From the NCBI RefSeq assembly GCF_964204645.1, contig NC_134033.1, positions 6,844,231 to 6,908,230 of the forward strand: DNA of 64,000 nt, given 5' to 3'. The translations under genes and the position numbers were made by a program. The notes beneath the pieces were generated by a model. The model did no database searches, was not told the origin of the DNA, and saw nothing but the letters and a program-made list of their open reading frames with translations. The DNA is from Tubulanus polymorphus. Lineage: Eukaryota; Animalia; Nemertea. Shown here one piece after another: positions 60,101-64,000 of the stretch (position 1 is its first letter; every line of letters begins with the position of its first letter).

Positions 60101-61111
60101 ATAAATATAATTATGTAGTACATTATAGAATGTTAAAGTTTTATTTGAATCAAGGAATGATTCTAAAAAAAGTACATAGATATATTTCATTCAGTCAATC
60201 TAAGTGGTTAGAAAAATATATAGATTTTAACACCAAACAGAGAACTGAAGCTAAAACTGATTTCGAGAAAGATTTCTTCAAGTTAATGAATAATGCATTC
60301 TATGGTAAGACTTGTGAAAATATTAGAAATAGAAATGATATTGAGTAAGTCAGTAATGGTAAAAGAATTAGACATTTACAAACATATCCTAAGTTCATTG
60401 GTAACAGAATATTTGATGAAAATTTAGCTGCCGTTAAGATGAGAAGAACATCAATGAAATTTAATAAACCAATCTATGTTGGCGCATCAGTTTTAGAATT
60501 ATCAAAATAACTAATGTATGAATTCTATTATAATGTATTACAACCACTTTTTGGAGAAAAACATATAGAAATATTATATTTTGATACCGACAGTTACATA
60601 TTAAAGATAAAAACTGATAACATAACTGATGATTTAAAAACATTAAAACATCATTTTGATTTCAGTAATTATCCTAAAGATCATGAATTGTTTAGCAATG
60701 ATAATAAAAAAGTTCCCGGTTAATTCAAAGATGAATTAGGTGGTGAAGAAATGATAGAGTTCATCGGTATTAGATCTAAAATGTATTCATATAAAACTAA
60801 AGAACATGAAGCTAAAAAGTTAAAAGGAATAACCAAAAGTGGAGAAGAATTTTCATTTCAAAGATTACATCAATTGTATATTCAATGAAGAAGTTAGAAA
60901 ACATAAGATGAGATGTTTAAGATCTGAAGATCACGAGATGTTTATTGAAGAAATTGAAAAGTTTAGTTTGAATCCATTTGATGATAAAAGATATATTTTA
61001 GATGATGGAATTCATACAGTCGCGTATGGTTGCAATTTAGATGATTATCTATAATTTAAAAGAGCAGAAACAAGAGAGAATGATATTATGAACAGGATTA
61101 TAACGTGTTAA
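57161..61111 (+). pseudogene. polB: pPolB of Maverick B2, intein-less, many stops and frameshifts
   Basis: YGDFES, RDHDH, YIDANNLYGWAM, KLMNNAFYGK, EILYFDTDSYIL. Confidence 0.92.
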
Positions 61112-61140
61112 TCAAATTTTAATAAAAATATGTATTATAA

Positions 61141-61496
61141 ATGGAGAGTAAACAAGCACACAGTGAGAACAACAAATTATTTCTAGATAGAATATAAAAG
61201 ATACTTCAAATGTCAAATCAGTAGATTATAAGTTTAAGAAGTTAAAAGAATTAACAATCCATAAGAAATATCTAATTACAAATATTGATACAGTTACTAA
61301 CAAATATGGAGATAAATTAGTTATACACTTAGAATATGAAGGATTAAAAGGAAATACATATAAATTCAGAACATATTTACCAGATAGATTTCATAGATTA
61401 TCAAGTGAAGATTTAAAAGAATTATGTTCTGGTGATTTCTATTTCGTATACAAAGGTAAGAATGAAAAAGGGCACCATGAAATAGATTTCGAATAA
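61141..61496 (+). pseudogene. Small putative SSB-like gene, B2
   Basis: Homologous to 39139-39474. Confidence 0.6.
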
Positions 61497-61513
61497 GAAA
61501 ATATGTAAAATAA

Positions 61514-62268
61514 ATGGTAGAATTAAAAGAATACAGAATACTTGTTGATTCTAGAAAACTTACAAATTATAAATCACATAATTTACTAGTTCAATTAGAT
61601 AGAGAATTTATGAATTGTGTTGATTTAAAATTAGTTAATATAAGTTTATGTAATTCTTTCATAATATATCGAATAAAAGTCTTGATCATTTAGCTTTTAA
61701 AATTCATGTTAGAAATTTGAATAAATGGTTTCATCTTTATCTAAAACCAGGATTATATAATTTAGAAACATTAGCGCAAGAAATTAATTAAAGAGCTCCT
61801 TTAAAAATGGGCGCAGCTGCTAGATTTGAAATTAAATTTATCAAAAGTGATAGTTCGAATAAAATAAGAATAAAGTTAACTAATGAACAACATAGATTTC
61901 TAGTAAGAAAACCTTTAGCTAAACTGTTTGGAATTCTCCCGGATAGAGATTATTCAAGTATCGAAACTTATACAAATTTAGTGACTTTTACACATTTTTA
62001 TATTTATTGCAATTTAATCAATCCTACAAAAACATTTGAAGCAACTAAAGATACAATTTGTAATTCTAGTATATTAAATATTTTACCATTAAAAAATGTC
62101 AAACAATTTGGAACTCAAATAAATTATAATTTAACTGAATGTGATTTTAAACCTTGTATTCCACATTTCAATAATTTTAAATTAGAAATAACAAATCATA
62201 ATGGTTATTTAATTGATTTGAATAACTTTCCTGTGATATATGAATTAGTTATAAGATGTAAAGAGTAA
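61514..62268 (+). pseudogene. Putative penton, B2
   Basis: Homologous to 38355-39110. Confidence 0.72.
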
Positions 62269-62284
62269 TTTTTTCACTATATAA

Positions 62285-62641
62285 ATGAATATAACTGTTG
62301 GGCCGAGTATATGTTTTGGGTTTGATTTTAAACATGAGAAAGAAATGAAATTCAACGTTAATGATGTAATTACACATATCAACAATATTGCATTTTCTAA
62401 TGAAACGACATTTGAGTATGAAACAACAATAGATAAAGAAACTTTAAATGTAGAAAAGATTACTAATTAAATTAGAGAATCTTTAAGATTTTATGAATTA
62501 GATGAAGATTTTATCATCGATGATATTAAAAAAATAATAATTGAAATATATACAAATGAAACTAGTAATGAAATAAATGTTGATTTAATCATCACTAAGA
62601 TAACTAAATATTTTAATGATAGCAATCTTTTTGATAAATAA
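62285..62641 (+). pseudogene. 118-aa conserved protein, B2, internal stop
   Basis: Homologous to 37982-38338. Confidence 0.72.
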
Positions 62642-62863
62642 ATGAGTGATAATAAGTGGATAATAACTGGATTATATAATGGCGCATTACTATCAGTTGG
62701 AACTGTTGGTTATTCAATGGTACTAAAAAAAGTATTTAAAATGGGAAGTGTTAATGTTGATAGATTTGATATAAATGATATTTTAAAATTAACATTAGCA
62801 GTTACTTTATCTAATTTAACTATTGATTATTTGGAAAAACAAAGATATATTCCTCCCATATAA
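62642..62863 (+). CDS. Small hydrophobic protein (73 aa), B2
   Basis: One residue different from the family A copy. Confidence 0.8.
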   Translation: MSDNKWIITGLYNGALLSVGTVGYSMVLKKVFKMGSVNVDRFDINDILKLTLAVTLSNLTIDYLEKQRYIPPI

Positions 62864-62887
62864 ATACATAATTATTATACTAAATAA

Positions 62888-63310
62888 ATGGCTTCTGCAA
62901 TTATAACTATTATATGATCGGCAATTGTTGACGCTTTAGCATTTACTGGTGGTGGTTATTTATTCAAGCATATTGATAAAAATGGTTCATTAACAGAACA
63001 AAAAATACATAACTTAGCATTAGAGAAATATAATAAAGCAGCGGAAGAATATAGAGAAAAACGACAAAACTATATGGATTATATTAACAAGGAATTATAT
63101 GATCAGAAGATTTCACATAGAGATTTTCAATCAGTTGATGATGCAATGAGTTTATATAACGCGGTAACCAATAAAGAAAAATTACATCTATACAAACCTA
63201 AATTATCAGATTATTATACGCCAAGTAAAGAACAACAGAAATATGAAATAATTTGGATTTTAGGTGGAACAGTTATTGTTATATTTGTTGCTTATAAGTT
63301 TACTAATTAG
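62888..63310 (+). pseudogene. 140-aa membrane protein, B2, early stop
   Basis: Homologous to 37328-37750. Confidence 0.75.
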
Positions 63311-63329
63311 TAATTTTTTTGCTAAATAA

Positions 63330-63764
63330 ATGGAAGATAAAGTTGATAATATTGATATTATTCCTCATGATATAAATAAAACTAAATTAAAAATATATTT
63401 AGAAAAACAAATATTAGAATTTGAAAGTGACTTAAAGATAAAAAAGAAAAAATATTTAAAAAGTAAAATTATATATTATTTGATTATAAGTGGTTCGGTT
63501 ACAATTAGTTCTGTAATAACATTTCTAGCAATATTCAGCCCATTAACACCTTTAGCTATATCAATTGGCGTATTAGGATTAAATTCAAGTGTTTTAACTG
63601 GTATAAGTTCAAAATTAAATATAAAAAGTAATAAAGAAAAAATTAAAACTAATATAAAAGAAATTGATAAATTGAAGAATACACTAGAGTATATAATAAG
63701 TTTAAATGGCCGTATAACAGTTGAAGAACAAGATAAATTATTAAAAGAATTAATAAATTATTAA
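63330..63764 (+). CDS. Two-TM protein (144 aa), B2
   Basis: Intact ORF. Confidence 0.82.
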   Translation: MEDKVDNIDIIPHDINKTKLKIYLEKQILEFESDLKIKKKKYLKSKIIYYLIISGSVTISSVITFLAIFSPLTPLAISIGVLGLNSSVLTGISSKLNIKSNKEKIKTNIKEIDKLKNTLEYIISLNGRITVEEQDKLLKELINY

Positions 63765-63780
63765 TTTTTTAATTATATAA

Positions 63781-64000
63781 ATGGCAGAAGCTTTCCAATG
63801 TAATAAATCAATTAAATATAATATTCCAGCAATAGATTTTAATAAAGATATTACATATAGAAATGAAGTTTTAAATTCATTAATTGATTTATATATTTAT
63901 GTTACTGAAAGTAATAATTTTCATGTAAAGATGGAAAATATATTTCATGTGTATACAATTAATTTCAAAAATTTAAATGAGGCAAAACAATGGTTATTAA
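63781..64000 (+). CDS. 5' end of the conserved ~430-aa protein, B2 (cut by the window edge)
   Basis: MAEAFQCNKSIKYNIPAIDFNKDITYRNEVLNSL matches the starts at 23860 and 36857. Confidence 0.75.
   Translation, partial: MAEAFQCNKSIKYNIPAIDFNKDITYRNEVLNSLIDLYIYVTESNNFHVKMENIFHVYTINFKNLNEAKQWLL

Larger units (their letters stand above)
56601..64000 (+). mobile_element. Maverick family B copy 2, decayed, continues beyond the window
   Basis: Begins AGTAATAGGG; TIR 56601-57106; gene order colinear with B1. Confidence 0.93.

Noticed and set aside
10509-60643. Short antisense or overlapping ORFs (e.g. 10509-10715, 11359-11622, 33885-34400, 34446-34802, 50476-50700, 60461-60643)
   Set aside because: Shadows of real genes on the opposite strand; no motifs and no TAAATG start context
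7658-64000. Prophage, bacterial or free giant-virus origin of the AT-rich gene blocks
   Set aside because: TIR-bounded 17-18 kb units with rve integrase and pPolB, embedded among satellite, Gypsy and MITE sequences; no Shine-Dalgarno pattern or NCLDV core transcription genes

Overview
AT-rich eukaryotic DNA, most likely from an invertebrate animal (taxon not determinable from this window). It is heterochromatin-like and contains no recognisable host gene. A CpG-rich ~119-bp satellite array with higher-order repeats (1-7657, resuming at 56405-56600) is interrupted by a TIR-to-TIR Maverick/Polinton, family A (7658-56404, ~16.7 kb net of insertions). Nested in A are a Gypsy LTR retrotransposon (13969-21194) and a self-nested Helentron-like element (~25068-49905). 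The Helentron carries an inverted Maverick of a second family (B1, 25985-44706), which is itself hit by a Harbinger-type MITE. Another B copy (B2) starts at 56601 in the satellite and runs off the window. All Maverick copies are partly decayed. Main points of interest: (1) a 355-codon LAGLIDADG intein at the YFD|TDS (Pol-c) site of the family A protein-primed DNA polymerase, resembling giant-virus PolB inteins, with intein-less alleles in both B copies; (2) a TAATTTTTT-Nx-TAAATG motif in front of almost every Maverick gene, like a poxvirus post-replicative initiator; (3) no recognisable adenain protease but a block of membrane proteins, shared almost identically between two families with otherwise divergent replication genes; (4) ~410-bp palindromic termini in family B. 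Together these suggest, as inference only, an endogenous virophage-like virus that depends on a large cytoplasmic DNA virus and accumulates in satellite DNA.
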